A DNA stretch of 64,000 nucleotides from Octopus sinensis (Eukaryota). The notes under the pieces were generated by a model that saw only the letters and a list, made by a program, of their open reading frames with translations, was not told the DNA's origin and ran no database searches. The DNA lies in assembly GCF_006345805.1 (NCBI RefSeq), contig NC_043002.1, positions 79,484,001 through 79,548,000 of the forward strand, given 5' to 3'. Position 1 is the stretch's first letter. Each line of letters begins with the position of its first letter. Positions 1-13,570 of this stretch are shown one piece after another. The translations under genes were made by a program, and so were the position numbers.

Positions 1-10
1 AAAAAGATGT

Positions 11-151
11 ATAATTGTGTAGTTAAGAAACTCACTTTTCACGTTCAGTTGCATTGCGTGGCATCTTTGGAAAGTGCCGACTACAATAGTTCAGGGCTGA
101 CCGATGCTTTCTGAGTAAATTTCGTAAACAGAAACTATAAGAAGTCCGTCG

Positions 152-175
<24 letters not shown>
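11..175 (+). mobile_element. Degenerate 5' half of tRNA-headed SINE family A
   Basis: Aligns by eye to the 18241 copy (..gcgtggcatc..gaaactataagaagtccgtcgtatat) and ends in (TA)n. Confidence 0.6.
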
Positions 176-182
<7 letters not shown>

Positions 183-604
183 ATGTCTTTTTCAACACCA
201 ACAGGAACCTTTCTGACATATTTTTTGGTGCAGCAGTACCGTTCCAGATGTGAGAGCAATATGCCATTATGCGTTACAAAATCGGCTTTTAAAATGTAAA
301 TAATTGTTAACGTCGAAGCATCGCCTGGACTTGAAGAGAAGGGACAAATGCAGGGATGAGTTACTAGTTCTGTTAAGGGAGTACTTCCATTGGTGAATCT
401 CAAAATTTGGAGCGGATGTTCTGGGCTCTAGTTTAGAGCTGCTAATCACTGAATGCTGGAAACGTCACGTGATGATGCTTGCTTGATATGAATAAAGACT
501 TTTTTTTTTTTGGTGTTGAAAAAGACAAGATGGCATATCTTCCTTACAGCAGGATATGCTAAAACAACTGAATTAACACTGACAGAAGTTTTGTCCGTAT
601 GTAA

Positions 605-639
605 GTCTGTCTATCTATCTATCTATCTATCTATCTATA

Positions 640-704
<65 letters not shown>

Positions 705-722
705 GTATATCTATTTATCTAA

Positions 723-789
<67 letters not shown>

Positions 790-900
790 CCTATCTATCT
801 ATCTATTTATCTATCAATCAATCAATCTATCTATCTGTCTGTCTGTCTATCTGTCTATCTGTCTGTCTATTTGTCTGTCTGTCTCTCAGTCTGTCTGTGT
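605..900. repeat. (TATC)n/(TGTC)n microsatellite field
   Basis: Direct reading of the sequence. Confidence 0.95.
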
Positions 901-1203
901 GTCTGTGCGTCTGTCTATCTATATTTGTATATATGTACGCACACACAGACATATATATCTGTATGTGTGTGTGTGTGTGTATCTTCCTGTAAGAATCCAT
1001 ATTGGTACATGAATGTGCATTCGTTTCGACAAACACACACAGAATCACAATCTCTTTCTCTCTCGCGCGCTCTCCCCCATCTCTCTCTTACAGACACAAA
1101 TACTTTCCATCCAGAAACATATATACGCACACGCACAAAATTCGCACTCTAGCATAGATACTCTACGTAACTATATAATCTATGTAATATTTATATACAT
1201 ACA

Positions 1204-1254
<51 letters not shown>

Positions 1255-1552
1255 GTGTTTATGTATGTATGTATGTATGTATGTATGTATGTATGTATAA
1301 ATGGTGTTTTATACACACGGCTATATGTGCATAGCCTCACAGTTAAGGCAACGTACCATACTTTACTCTTTTGCATTCTCTCATTCCATCACTTGAAGCA
1401 CTTATACTCTCACATACACTTACGCATAAAATTATTTTATATAACACATAACATTACACTATGTACGTACATGCAGATATTCCGTTAACCCCATATTCAG
1501 TCACGTATTTATGCAGAGACACAAAACTCACTGGGACGAGAACGCGCGTACC

Positions 1553-1599
<47 letters not shown>

Positions 1600-1674
1600 T
1601 TATACATACATATATACATATGTATATAGGTATATATACATATATGTATATATATGTATATGTATATATGTATA

Positions 1675-1706
<32 letters not shown>

Positions 1707-1842
1707 CGTATATATACACGCATATATATGTATACATATATATACATATAATTACATAATATGTACAAGATGTATATATACATACACAAATACATACACA
1801 CGTACACAAAGACACACACACTCTCACACATATATTTATATG

Positions 1843-1874
<32 letters not shown>

Positions 1875-2007
1875 TTGCATTTATATAAATACATAAATAT
1901 ACATATAGATATACATAGAAATACATATACATCCGCACTTACACAAAGGCACTTAAGTATATATATATATATATGCCTTGTTACAAATATATATATATTT
2001 ATATATG

Positions 2008-2044
<37 letters not shown>

Positions 2045-2319
2045 AGAGTGAGGGCGAGTGAGAGAGAAAGAGAGGGAGAGAGAGAAAGAGTCACTCACAC
2101 ACTAGCACTTACGTATGTAACACACAAATACAAACATACAGAGATATTTACTAACTTATATAGGAATAATCTTGACTTAGATCATTGAATCTAATGTGGA
2201 TAGTCCCAATAGATTTATAAATTAAGCAAACAAACCGAAATAATTGCTTTGTAAACATCAAAAGCGGCGAAAGACAATAAAACAATAAATAAAGCCGACC
2301 TCCACCACTAATACCCACC

Positions 2320-2740
2320 GCAGCCGCCAATACCACCACTACCACCACCACCACCGCCGCCACCACCACCACCAACAACACCGCCACGAAAGCAACAGCA
2401 ACAACAACAACAACAACAATAATAATAATAATAATAATAACGGCAGCAACAACAACCGCAATAACACCAGCATCGCAATCCTGACCAGTACTACCATCAT
2501 GATTATAATCAATCAAACGTATTCAACCAGCACTATTATGTTGATGATGATGATGACGATGGTGATGAAGATGATGATGACGATGATGATGATGATAATG
2601 ATGATGATGATGAGATGATGATGATCACCCTCATCATCCTCATCATGATTATCATTAACATCAACATCAACATCATCTTCATTGTTGATGTCGGTATCAT
2701 CATCATCATCATCATTATTATCATCATCGTCTTCATCTTC

Positions 2741-2787
<47 letters not shown>

Positions 2788-3000
2788 TGTCATCGTCGTA
2801 CTTCCCCTCCTCCTCCACCTCCTCCTCCACCTCCTCCTCTTCATCATCACCATCAGCACTACCATTAGCATCCTCGCCAGTATCATCGCCATCGATACCA
2901 CTAACATTCTCCTCACCACTCGCAGTTCTTCTACGATGGCCACCATTATACACACCGCCCCTCCCGCGCCTCCCCCCCCCAACTACTCTCACCATCACCA
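2320..3000. repeat. Compound trinucleotide field (ACC/AAC/AAT/GAT/ATC/TCC)
   Basis: Direct reading; explains the poly-I/S/D/M ORFs at 2151-3227. Confidence 0.9.
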
Positions 3001-3679
3001 GCCGTACTGTCATCATCAAATCCTCTTTTCTGCTTTCTACTACAAAGCAGAATTTGCACTTAAGCACATCTGCAGACAATTACTATGTGATCATATCGTG
3101 TGATATAAAGGAAGCAAATGGATTAAGACTCCGAAATAAGACTATTAAATATCTCTATCACCCGTCCATATTAACTGTGGCGCCGGTGAAGAGTGTTGGA
3201 AGTGATACTGCGGCGGCGATGCGGTAGAATGTGTATTGGAACGAGATCCAAAGACAGAAACCAAAGAGAGCGCCGCCACTGAAGGAAAAGGAAAATAGAA
3301 AAAAAAAAAAAATAATATAAAGGAAAGAAAAGAAAAGAAAGGATGTACATGTAATACACGATGTAGAACGTGAGGGAAATGATACGTAATGAAGTCTTGG
3401 TAAATATATGGTTGATGGTCTGTTGATCTTGGGGAATATTTGTGGGCAACCTTGAAGGACGCCGCTAGACGTAAAAGGTTAATCACTGATATATATATAT
3501 ACATACATGTATATATATATATGTGTGTGTGTGCGTACACATACATATGCCCCCCCCCCACACACACACATATATATATATGTACGTATATATATATCTA
3601 TATTTCTATCTATCAATCTATCTATCTGTCTATATATGTATATATATGCATACATATATATATATACATATATATAAAA

Positions 3680-4117
<438 letters not shown>

Positions 4118-4128
4118 ATACATATATA

Positions 4129-4315
4129 GACCTGGGATTATAAATTCTCAAACAGACCGACCCAGGTTCAAATCCCGCTGGAGACAGGATTATGGAAACA
4201 GCAGGATGGTACCTAGGAGTCATGACCTGGGTGGGCTCGGCACTTGCAGAGTGTCTCGCCTGTTATCCTTTGCTCATTTTGCAACTTTATATATATATAT
4301 TTATAATCCCAGGTC
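4129..4315. mobile_element. MITE-like element with 16-bp terminal inverted repeats
   Basis: gacctgggattataaa (4129-4144) is the exact reverse complement of tttataatcccaggtc (4300-4315); TA-rich flanks. Confidence 0.6.
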
Positions 4316-4327
4316 TATATATATATA

Positions 4328-4529
4328 GACATAAAACCTGCGGCTCAGTGGTTACCGATGATGTTGACTTGTTCTTCTTTTCGGATTATGGCTGCTGTTG
4401 CTTAGTGAGTGGGATTGACTCAGCTTTTCCTCACTTTAAATAAAAATATTCCTGCACAGGCATTGCACTATTACAACATTGATTAAGCTTCGTGCAATGG
4501 CCATACTCGATAACGAGGGGGCAGCCACC
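4328..4529 (-). mobile_element. Partial copy of the 552-bp (TACA)n-flanked element
   Basis: Reverse complement of about 61374-61580; the same ggtggctgcccc end abuts the TACA array. Confidence 0.85.
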
Positions 4530-4616
4530 ATGTATGTATGTATGTATGTATGTATGTATGTATGTATGTATGTATGTATGTATGTATGTATGTATGTATG
4601 TATGCATGAATGTATC

Positions 4617-5375
4617 ATGTCATTATTCAGTTTTATTTCAAGACTTCTTACCAGTAGTGATACAGCCGGTTTCTAATCTAAATTAAGACTTCTTCATTGG
4701 AATTTCAACATCATCAGGGAATCCTTGTATGTATGCATGCATGTATGTATTTATGTATGTATGTATATATGTATGTATGTATATATCTATGTATGTGTGT
4801 ATATATGTATGTATGTATGTATATATGTATGTACGTATGTATGTGTGTGTATATGTGCAGATTTGTATGTTTTCTTTTATTTTATGTATGTATTATCATG
4901 CATATTGTTGCACGTCTAGGCATGCTCATATACTTAAATGATAAACTTCTGGAAAATTTCACAGATTTTTACAGTTCCAGTGATGGCTTGGATCTATAGT
5001 CTTCGAATCGCTTTTCACCTTTCTGGTTTTGGGAATGCTAATTTCTCAAGATTGGTATTTAGGCAGTGTGTTACATATCCCAGTGTCCCAATAATTGCAG
5101 ATATAAACCTGAACTCGTAATCTAAATAGAGTGACTGTAGATTCCTCAATAGTGTAGCGTAGGTATTCTCTTTTTCGCAGACCTTTAGCTTCTTGTTAAC
5201 ATCCGCTGGGCAGCTGATTTCTGTAACAGTACACAGTTTCTCTTCTCTATCCCAAATTACTGTCACATATATTATGCTTGCATTTTATTGAGGTCTTCAC
5301 TGAGACATTCCACCAGTACTCCTTTTTATTATGATTGGCTATGACTTCTACCATACTGTAGGTTCTTATTTCTTT
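4617..5375 (-). mobile_element. 3' end of R4/Dong-type non-LTR retrotransposon (RLE endonuclease remnant plus 3' UTR)
   Basis: Translation EYWWNVSVKTSIKCKHN..(PD region frameshifted)..VIWDREEKLCTVTEISCPAD..LLRNLQ..IIGTLGY..ITGTVKIC..KFII*, typical of RLE LINE C-termini; contains stops. Confidence 0.8.
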
Positions 5376-5615
5376 GGCCTCGGGACAATCTGTACATCAT
5401 CAGACAACAGTTGGGCAACAGCTAGAAAATAAACTCCCACTTCGGGGAAATCTTATCGTCGGCTATGCTCGTAGCACACTTGTACACCACTTGCTATTCA
5501 GAGAATCAGAAAGTCAGTCTGACTGGAGAACAACGCCGACTGCTTTACTCAACAACGTCCAAAGGCTTTTTGTTCCTGAACAGAACAGTCAACGCCGACC
5601 TACGACGGGCATATA

Positions 5616-6610
5616 TTAGGTTGTCTCATACGAAATGTCGTATTTTAAATGAGTTTCCTATGAGTCATCTGTAAATGGATTTTTAATGAGTTTCTATGTA
5701 TATACTTGTGTTTAATCTTAATACTTTTTCATTCTAGACAATACTATTATACAAAATTGTTACCCACAGCACTTATGACAATGTTGACAACTGATCAATA
5801 CCGAGTGATTTTTTTGTACGAATACAAGTTGGGTCACTCTGCCACCAAAGCTCTACGAAACATCAAGCGGGCTTTTGGTAACGATTCTGTTGACATTAGA
5901 ACTGTCCAGAGATGGTTCCAAAGATTTCGTTCAGGAAATGAAAGCCTTAAAAGTGAATCAAGAGGGAAACCAAAATCAGATATTCGGCATGATGAATTGA
6001 ATGCTTTGGTTAAAGGAAATCCGAGAACAACGGTCCGAAAAATCGGATCAGAGCTCCAGACATCTCCCGCAACTGCTTCTCGACACTTGAAGAAAATTAG
6101 AAAAGTCAAAACGATGGATAGGTTTGTTCCCTATCAGATTAATGAGATTCAATGAAACTGACGCCTTACAGTGTGATGAGAAATAGATACTCTTTGATAA
6201 CAGCAGGAGGACAGGACAGTGGCTAGATGCAGGAGAGTCACCAAAACACTAATCAAAACCACCATTGCAACCTCAAAAGTTGATGGTCACTGTATGGTGG
6301 TCAACAAAGGGGGATATTCATTATTCCTTTTTTCAACAAGGAAAAAAATGTAACAGCAACATCCTATTCTCAGGAAATTGATTGTATGTATGAAAAATAA
6401 AAAAAAAGAAGCAACCCAGATAAGTGAATAGAGATGGCCCAATTTTGCTTCATGATAATGCACAGCTTCACACTTCTTAAGCTACGGTCCACAAGTTGCA
6501 AAGCCTGAATTAGGAAATTTTGGCACATGCACCTTATTCTCCTGATATCTCACCTAATGATTATCACATATTTAAAGACTTCGAGCTTGCTATACGCAAT
6601 AAAATATTCT
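5616..6610 (+). mobile_element. Mariner (DD34D) transposon remnant with pseudogenised transposase
   Basis: TA followed by TIR-like ttaggttgtctcatacgaaatgtcgtatttt; N-terminal HTH FLYEYKLGHSATKA..TVQRWFQRFRSG; FVPYQI (WVPHEL-like); CDEK; LHDNA (D 6454) and YSPDISPND (D 6559) with 34 residues between; several stops; no right TIR found. Confidence 0.92.
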
Positions 6611-6696
6611 TAAATATATATATGCATATATACATACATACACACACACAGACACACAAAACACACAGACACAGACATACACACACACACATACAT

Positions 6697-6727
<31 letters not shown>

Positions 6728-6869
6728 AATAAGCATAAGATCCTTATTTAAATACCGATCTTTCCAGGTGGCCAGCATAGCAATAAAAACCTTCAAAGGT
6801 AATCATTATTATTAACATTATAATTCACATCACCACTCCTGTATGTGCCTCTGTCCCAGCTTTTGGCCC

Positions 6870-7440
6870 ATTTGGTGTTAAAGGGAGTTTGGTTCCGCTA
6901 CTCTCGTCTGCACCTTGTGTTGGGCTGTTGGTTCATCCGGCATTGTAGGGAAGAGGATGTCTAATTACTTTTTGAAAACATCTACTTCCACTTTATGCAG
7001 ACTTCTTAATTTTTGTGGCAGGACATTGAAGTGCTGCGGGCGTTTGAACCCTAGACTATTGCAGTACCTGGTCCTGAATTCAGATGGAGTGTATGAGACC
7101 TTTAGTACAATACAATGGCGGCCGGTTCTGGCATTTGTATAACACGCAATGTCGAAATTAGGTATTAGACCTTCTAGAGTTTTCTATATGTAGATTATTG
7201 TATATTTCTCACACCTTCGCTCCGTGGAGTGAAGTTGCAGTTTTCTCAGCTTAACCCTGTTGCTCATCCGCTGCACTGCTTCAATTTTTTTAGCGTAGTG
7301 GCGCTGGATTGCTTCAAGCTCTGCTGTCAGTTTGACACTATGTGGTGACCATAACTGGCAGAAGCAATCCAAGCGGCTGAGAACAAAGGTTCTCCACAGG
7401 GTCAACATAGTTTCTTGGTCCCTCGTTTTGAAGGACTCCA
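6870..7440 (-). mobile_element. CR1/L2-type LINE ORF2 C-terminal remnant
   Basis: FKTRDQETMLTLWRTFVLSRLD..QLWSPH..LEAIQR..ERR..IIYI..LEGLIPNF..RTRYCNSLGF..FNVLP..PDEP, with stops. Confidence 0.8.
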
Positions 7441-7792
7441 TCTTCCCGACAGCTCGTTGTCACTCGTCCATGCTGTTTGGTATTCGCTGCATTATTCTGT
7501 TATGGGTCCGTTTTAACTGAACACTACCCATGGACATTTATTGATGTTTTTTCGTAGTTATGATTATTATTGATGTACCAGCCAGAGATAGCGAAGAAAC
7601 AGCAATGTGTATGTATATATATATATCTAGAGGTCATGTATAAATATGGATGTATATGTAATTAAAATTTAAAATTTTACTCACAGGTTTGCAATTTTCG
7701 TATAGAAATATTGCAGTTCATTTGTTTAGGTTTTTACACACATGTTGCTGTGGCGGTGCATCTGGGGGAAGCTATTTTTTTTATATATATAT

Positions 7793-8440
<648 letters not shown>

Positions 8441-8599
8441 TATAGACTTCGGTAAAGGAAACAAACTGCTTTCTTTTAGGAACCACTGCCATGGATGTAT
8501 TAGATAAATTTTTGAAGTGATTAATTATTAACCCTAAGACGTGAGTCTTAAGACTGTCATAATATTGGCTTATTGTTTTAGCATTAACTCGGAAAGAGA

Positions 8600-8765
8600 A
8601 TAACGACTGATATTGCATTTAATATATGCAATGTATTAGAAGACGCTCAGAGAAGGAAAGAAATGTGGTTTTACGTTTCAAGCAAAGCTCTTCGTCAGAA
8701 ACAGGAGACGGAAGAAAGTCCAAGAGAAAAAAAACGGAGGAAAACGTCGCCAACGATTCACATGT
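8600..8765 (-). mobile_element. Penelope-like terminal repeat fragment (family F) with hammerhead-like core
   Basis: Minus strand CUGACGA-AGAGC UUU GCUU-GAAAC at 8675-8698; homologous to the 9915, 13990 and 16690 copies. Confidence 0.55.
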
Positions 8766-9159
8766 AGTTACATATCAATCAAATGACATGCTAAGTATGT
8801 CTACCTGCTTGAAATAACAGTCAAAACTCTTATTTAAATCGCCAAAATACAGTGATAATAACTACAGAAATCAACCGACCAAAGGCAAACGACCTATGAC
8901 AATCTCCCAACTTACATTGAAGTATTTGGACTCACGCGGACCGGTTTCTGCACTGGCAAAAATAGCTCCAGTTTCATCAGCACGCGTTTTCATGATAGAG
9001 AACCCACCCAACCTCATCATGTTGAAATTTGCGCTGGAGCTGATTCATTTTACGCCGAAATCAATGCAGCCACCAGTGTGAAAAGAATTTCAATGCGGAA
9101 CAAATAATTCACGAGAAAAAATAATTTACGATTTTTTTTTCATGAATTATTTTTTCTCG

Positions 9160-9235
9160 TCGTCCGGTCGAGGAATCGAAACCACAATCTTGTGATCATG
9201 AGTTCAACAGCCTAACCACAAATCCACGCACTTCC
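9160..9235 (-). mobile_element. Isolated SINE family B tRNA-like head
   Basis: Minus strand ..tggttaggctgttg..gtggtttcgattcctcgacc resembles Pol III A and B boxes. Confidence 0.55.
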
Positions 9236-9849
9236 CTTACGGAAGCATTGCATGAAATATCCAATCAAAATAGCGAAAGATTTAAACAAATGTTCTCAGT
9301 GAAACTTGCCAACGTGGAAAATGCAAAGAGGATGAACTAACAACAGATATACGGGTTTATAAAGTCGACCACAAATTAAGGACAGTAAAATTAAAAGCAG
9401 ATTTCAAATTAATGACAGAAGAATATATAGAAATAGGTTCTAAAACAAATTAAAATCAGGCATCATATCACTGTGAATGTCATAAAATTATATTTAATAT
9501 TTGAAGAGACGCAGACAGAAAAATAAGTTATATAAATAATATTGAAAATGCAATAATATAAAATACAAACAATTGCTCCAGACAATAGCACACATCAGAA
9601 GCTGCTCTGGAATAGCAAACACATAACATAGTGAAGACGCATATCAGAGAAGCCATAGAGGGCTAGCAACGATTTTTTTGAGATAGAGGAAAGAACAGAG
9701 TGATTAGAAAAGAAAGGCAACAGACAGACGGAAAAAAAAGAACAAAATAAAATGTACATGTAGAATTATTTAGCAGACCACGAATGCTGACTGATCAACA
9801 AATCAGCAAAGACTGTTTGCAGACTTCAACACTTGTATCTGTGTCTGTT

Positions 9850-9896
<47 letters not shown>

Positions 9897-9914
9897 GTAC
9901 ACACACATGCAAAG

Positions 9915-10075
9915 TCAAATCAAATAAACGAAGAAGAGAATTAACAACAAACAGCAAGAGCAGAATGTATTAGAAGGAATGTATTAGTTTGACGCTGAGT
10001 AAAATGAGAGTTGCTGACGTTTCGAGCATAGGTCTTCGTCGGAAAGGAAAAAAAGAAAAGAAATCAACCAACAGC
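9915..10075 (-). mobile_element. Family F (Penelope-like) fragment
   Basis: acgtttcgagcataggtcttcgtcggaaagg, homologous to the 16690 copy. Confidence 0.5.
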
Positions 10076-10200
10076 ACGTATATACATATATAACTTTTGA
10101 ATGAATTTGGTGTAGAGAAAATGTGCATATTAGCATACTGAGTTCTGTAATGTATTGCTTGCCTCGCAGAGCATTAACAAGTGTATATATGTATGTATAT

Positions 10201-10743
10201 ATGTTATTATTCAGTTTATTTCAAGATTTCTTGTCAATAGGGGAAGAACCAGTTTCTAACCTAGATCCAAGGCTCCGTCATTGGAATTTCAAAATCAACA
10301 ACAGGGGTTTTGTATGTATGTATGTATGTATGTATGTATGTATGTATGTATGTATGTATGTAGACTTGTCTGTTTTATGTATGTTTTCTCATGCATATAG
10401 TTGCATATCTAGACATGCTCGTATATATCTAAATGATAAACTGCTGGAAAGTTTTACAGATTTCTGCAGTTCCAGTGATGGATTTGATCTGTCGTCTTCG
10501 AATTACCCTAACCCTTTCTCCTTTCGGGTTTTGAGAAGCCTAACTTCTCAAGATTGGTATATAGGCATTGTGTTACGTATCGCAGGGCGCCAATAATTAC
10601 AAGTATAAACCTGAACTTGTAATCTGGATAGAGTACCTGCAGATTTCTCAATAGTTCAGCATAGGTTTTCTCTTTTTCACTGATCTTCAGCTTTTTGTTA
10701 ACATCCGCTGGGCAGCTAATTTCTACAACTGTGCACAGTTTCT
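10201..10743 (-). mobile_element. Second 5'-truncated R4/Dong-type RLE LINE copy
   Basis: KLCTVVEISCPADVNKKLKISEKEKTYAELLRNLQVLYPDYKFRFILVIIGALRYVT..LEKLGFSKPERRK; same 3' UTR as the 4617 copy; TACA-type repeats at both ends. Confidence 0.82.
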
Positions 10744-11119
10744 ATGTTTGTGTGTATGTATGTATGTATGTATGTATGTATGTATGTATGTATGTATGTA
10801 TGTATGTATGTGGTGTGTGTGTGTGTGTGTATGTGTGTGTGTATGTATGTATGTATGTATGTATGTATGTATGCATGTATTCATGTATGTATGTATGTAT
10901 GTATGTATGTATGTATGTATGTATGTATGTATATATATATATATATATATAGATATATATAATATACGTATACAATATGTGAATATAATATATATGCATA
11001 TATATGTATAATACATACACACATGTACGTGCACACACACACACATACACACACAAATATGATGTAACATTATGTCTATGTTCACATATGCGCAATGTTG
11101 GTAGTTTTCTTTCTTTCCC

Positions 11120-11272
11120 TCACTCGAGAACCGGTGTTGATTTCCTAACGTCACTGTAAAATACTAAGTATCATACTCCGAAAAGGAGTAATGGGGTCTA
11201 GGTTTTTGAGCAAAACCCCTCAAGGGGTTGCCCAAGACTGGCTGCAGTCCAATGACTAAAGAAAATAAAAGA
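11120..11272 (+). mobile_element. Diverged 3' part of SINE family A
   Basis: ..ggctgcagtccaatgactaaagaaaataaaag resembles the family A tail. Confidence 0.45.
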
Positions 11273-11279
11273 CGTGTGT

Positions 11280-11318
<39 letters not shown>

Positions 11319-11411
11319 GTGTATATATATATGTATATATATATGTGTGTGTGTGTGTATTTATATATATATATTTATATATATACATATTATATTATAG
11401 GTATATATATG

Positions 11412-11444
<33 letters not shown>

Positions 11445-12015
11445 ATACACACATATACATATATATATACACATACATACATGCATATATATATATGTAC
11501 ATACATACATCCATATATATATTTATATATATATATATAGACTTTTATCTTTTGCTTTTACTTATGCATATATATATGTTTGTATGTATGTGTATATATG
11601 TATATATATTTATGTGTGAATATGTGTACATGTGTATTTATATATAATAGACGCACGTACATACACAGCCCTCCACCCATGTATTATTAATGCTGGAAAA
11701 TTATTTCTCATAACAGGAAAGTAATTCATGCGTGAAGGGATTTATAAAATATCTCAAAGGAAATAGACAAAAAAATATTATCTACACCTGAGTATTGATA
11801 GTTGTAAAATATCTCATAGTTAAATCTATTTAGCACACTACAATAGAAGATTGGCCATATATATATATCGAAGTGCATACATACGTTAATGTTTGTGTAT
11901 ATGCATTAAGATATGTATAGCAAAACGTATTATTTCTACGTGTCTTTTGTGTGTATATGCGTGTGAGGAATAGATGTAAGGAAAGATATTCTTAAATATC
12001 AATAACAACATACGA

Positions 12016-12061
<46 letters not shown>

Positions 12062-12079
12062 CATATATGTGTGTGTGTG

Positions 12080-12158
<79 letters not shown>

Positions 12159-12224
12159 GTGTAAAAGTAAAAGAATAGAGATATATTTAGATATGTATGT
12201 TCGTCTGTGTGTGCAATAGTGTAC

Positions 12225-12650
12225 GAGCAGCCCAAGAACCAAGACTACTACCAAGATGTCCGTATACTGAGCAAACAGTTATCTGCAAAGTTACGCTTTC
12301 GAGACTGGGTCTCCTTATCAGTGACACATCAAACATCTTGAACGCTTCCATCAATCAAAATGCTGCTTACTTCGAGGTATTAAATGAGAACAAAAACCAA
12401 CACCTATGTCTTTGAATATGAAGAAATGGCAAGCATCGAGATCACGATGAGCAGGTATCAGTTATACTGGATTGACTATGTTCAAAGGATGTGCAATAAA
12501 TACTCTCAAAGACTCTCCTTTATTCTGAACCGGAACGAAAAATGTTATGATGAAAGGCCACGAATGAGAATTTTTGAAGAAAAACCTCACGCTCTGTAAC
12601 GTCCAACCAAATAAAGTAGAAACTGTGTTATAATGAAGAAAGCAATGGAG
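12225..12650 (+). mobile_element. RTE-clade LINE ORF2 C-terminal remnant
   Basis: TTKMSVY..YAFET..HIKHLERFHQ, then EMASIEITMSRYQLYWIDYVQRM..RPRMR; resembles the RTE C-terminus; frameshifted. Confidence 0.65.
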
Positions 12651-12917
12651 ATATGCTTGTCATCCCGGTTGTGAATTCTTTGAGCAAGGTTCAAATGACT
12701 ATAAGCGCTAGAAACGTTAAATGAGAAAGAGAAAACTCACCACGCTCAAAGAGGAATCACCGACGATCTTAGGCAGAGAATGTTACCAAATATTTCGAAC
12801 AACTCTTGGTATTCACAATCACTTGAGCGTCCATATTAGAAGAAAGTGAAATAGAAGTAACTAAATTGGAGAGAGACAATATTTCAAATTGAGATATCTC
12901 ACGACTATATGTGTATA

Positions 12918-13178
12918 CGAGGGTGAGCTGAAAATTTCACAGAGTGACTACGAAGACATATGCTAGAACTGGGTTATCTTGCATGCATTAATTTCAACCC
13001 TTCTTATTAATAACAGTATTGTTTCTTTCCAGGCAATTTGACATCTGACTATTCAAAGAAGACTCCATATGCAACTAGTAGCGACTTGCATTGAAAATTG
13101 ACAAAATTCGGCATCGTGGTGTTATCAAGTATCCAAGGACATCCATGCTGACATGCTTGCTCCGTCAGGGGAAGACAT

Positions 13179-13180
<2 letters not shown>
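12918..13180 (+). mobile_element. Mariner 5' end fragment (CGAGGG-type TIR)
   Basis: TA|cgagggtgagctgaaaa, followed by DKIRHRGVIKY..KDIHADMLA, similar to a mariner transposase N-terminus. Confidence 0.6.
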
Positions 13181-13213
<33 letters not shown>

Positions 13214-13462
13214 ATATGTTTGGCTGGAAAGTGGTAGGTATATAGTTTTGACTTGCAAGAATTCCTTTAAATGCCCCTCCAAGTGGCGTTTATCTTCTTA
13301 ATAAAAGTTCAAATTCTCGTAAGTCACATGGGAATTTATCTTTCGCCTTACTATAACAAATGGTTTTCTTTTTTAGAAAAAAGTGTTTTGTAACATTTTG
13401 TGGCTGTGTCTTTTCATACCATTCTCTTTCGTTTGTATATTTTTTTCTTGCACTACGTACAA

Positions 13463-13570
13463 AGGCGCAAGCGTGGCTGTGTGGTAAGAAATTTGCTTTC
13501 CAACCACATAGTTATGGATTCTACTATAGCCTCGGGACGACAGGTGTCTTGTGAGTGGATTTAGTAGATA
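13463..13570 (+). mobile_element. SINE family A 5' part, internally deleted
   Basis: ggcgcaagcgtggctgtgtggtaag..ctactatagcctcggg..gtgagtggattt. Confidence 0.7.

Noticed and set aside
510-2188. Many 60-125 aa ORFs rich in YI/CV/YLSI/HT (the same pattern occurs throughout the window)
   Set aside because: They are translations of (TA)n, (TG)n, (TATC)n and (TACA)n repeats with no domain content
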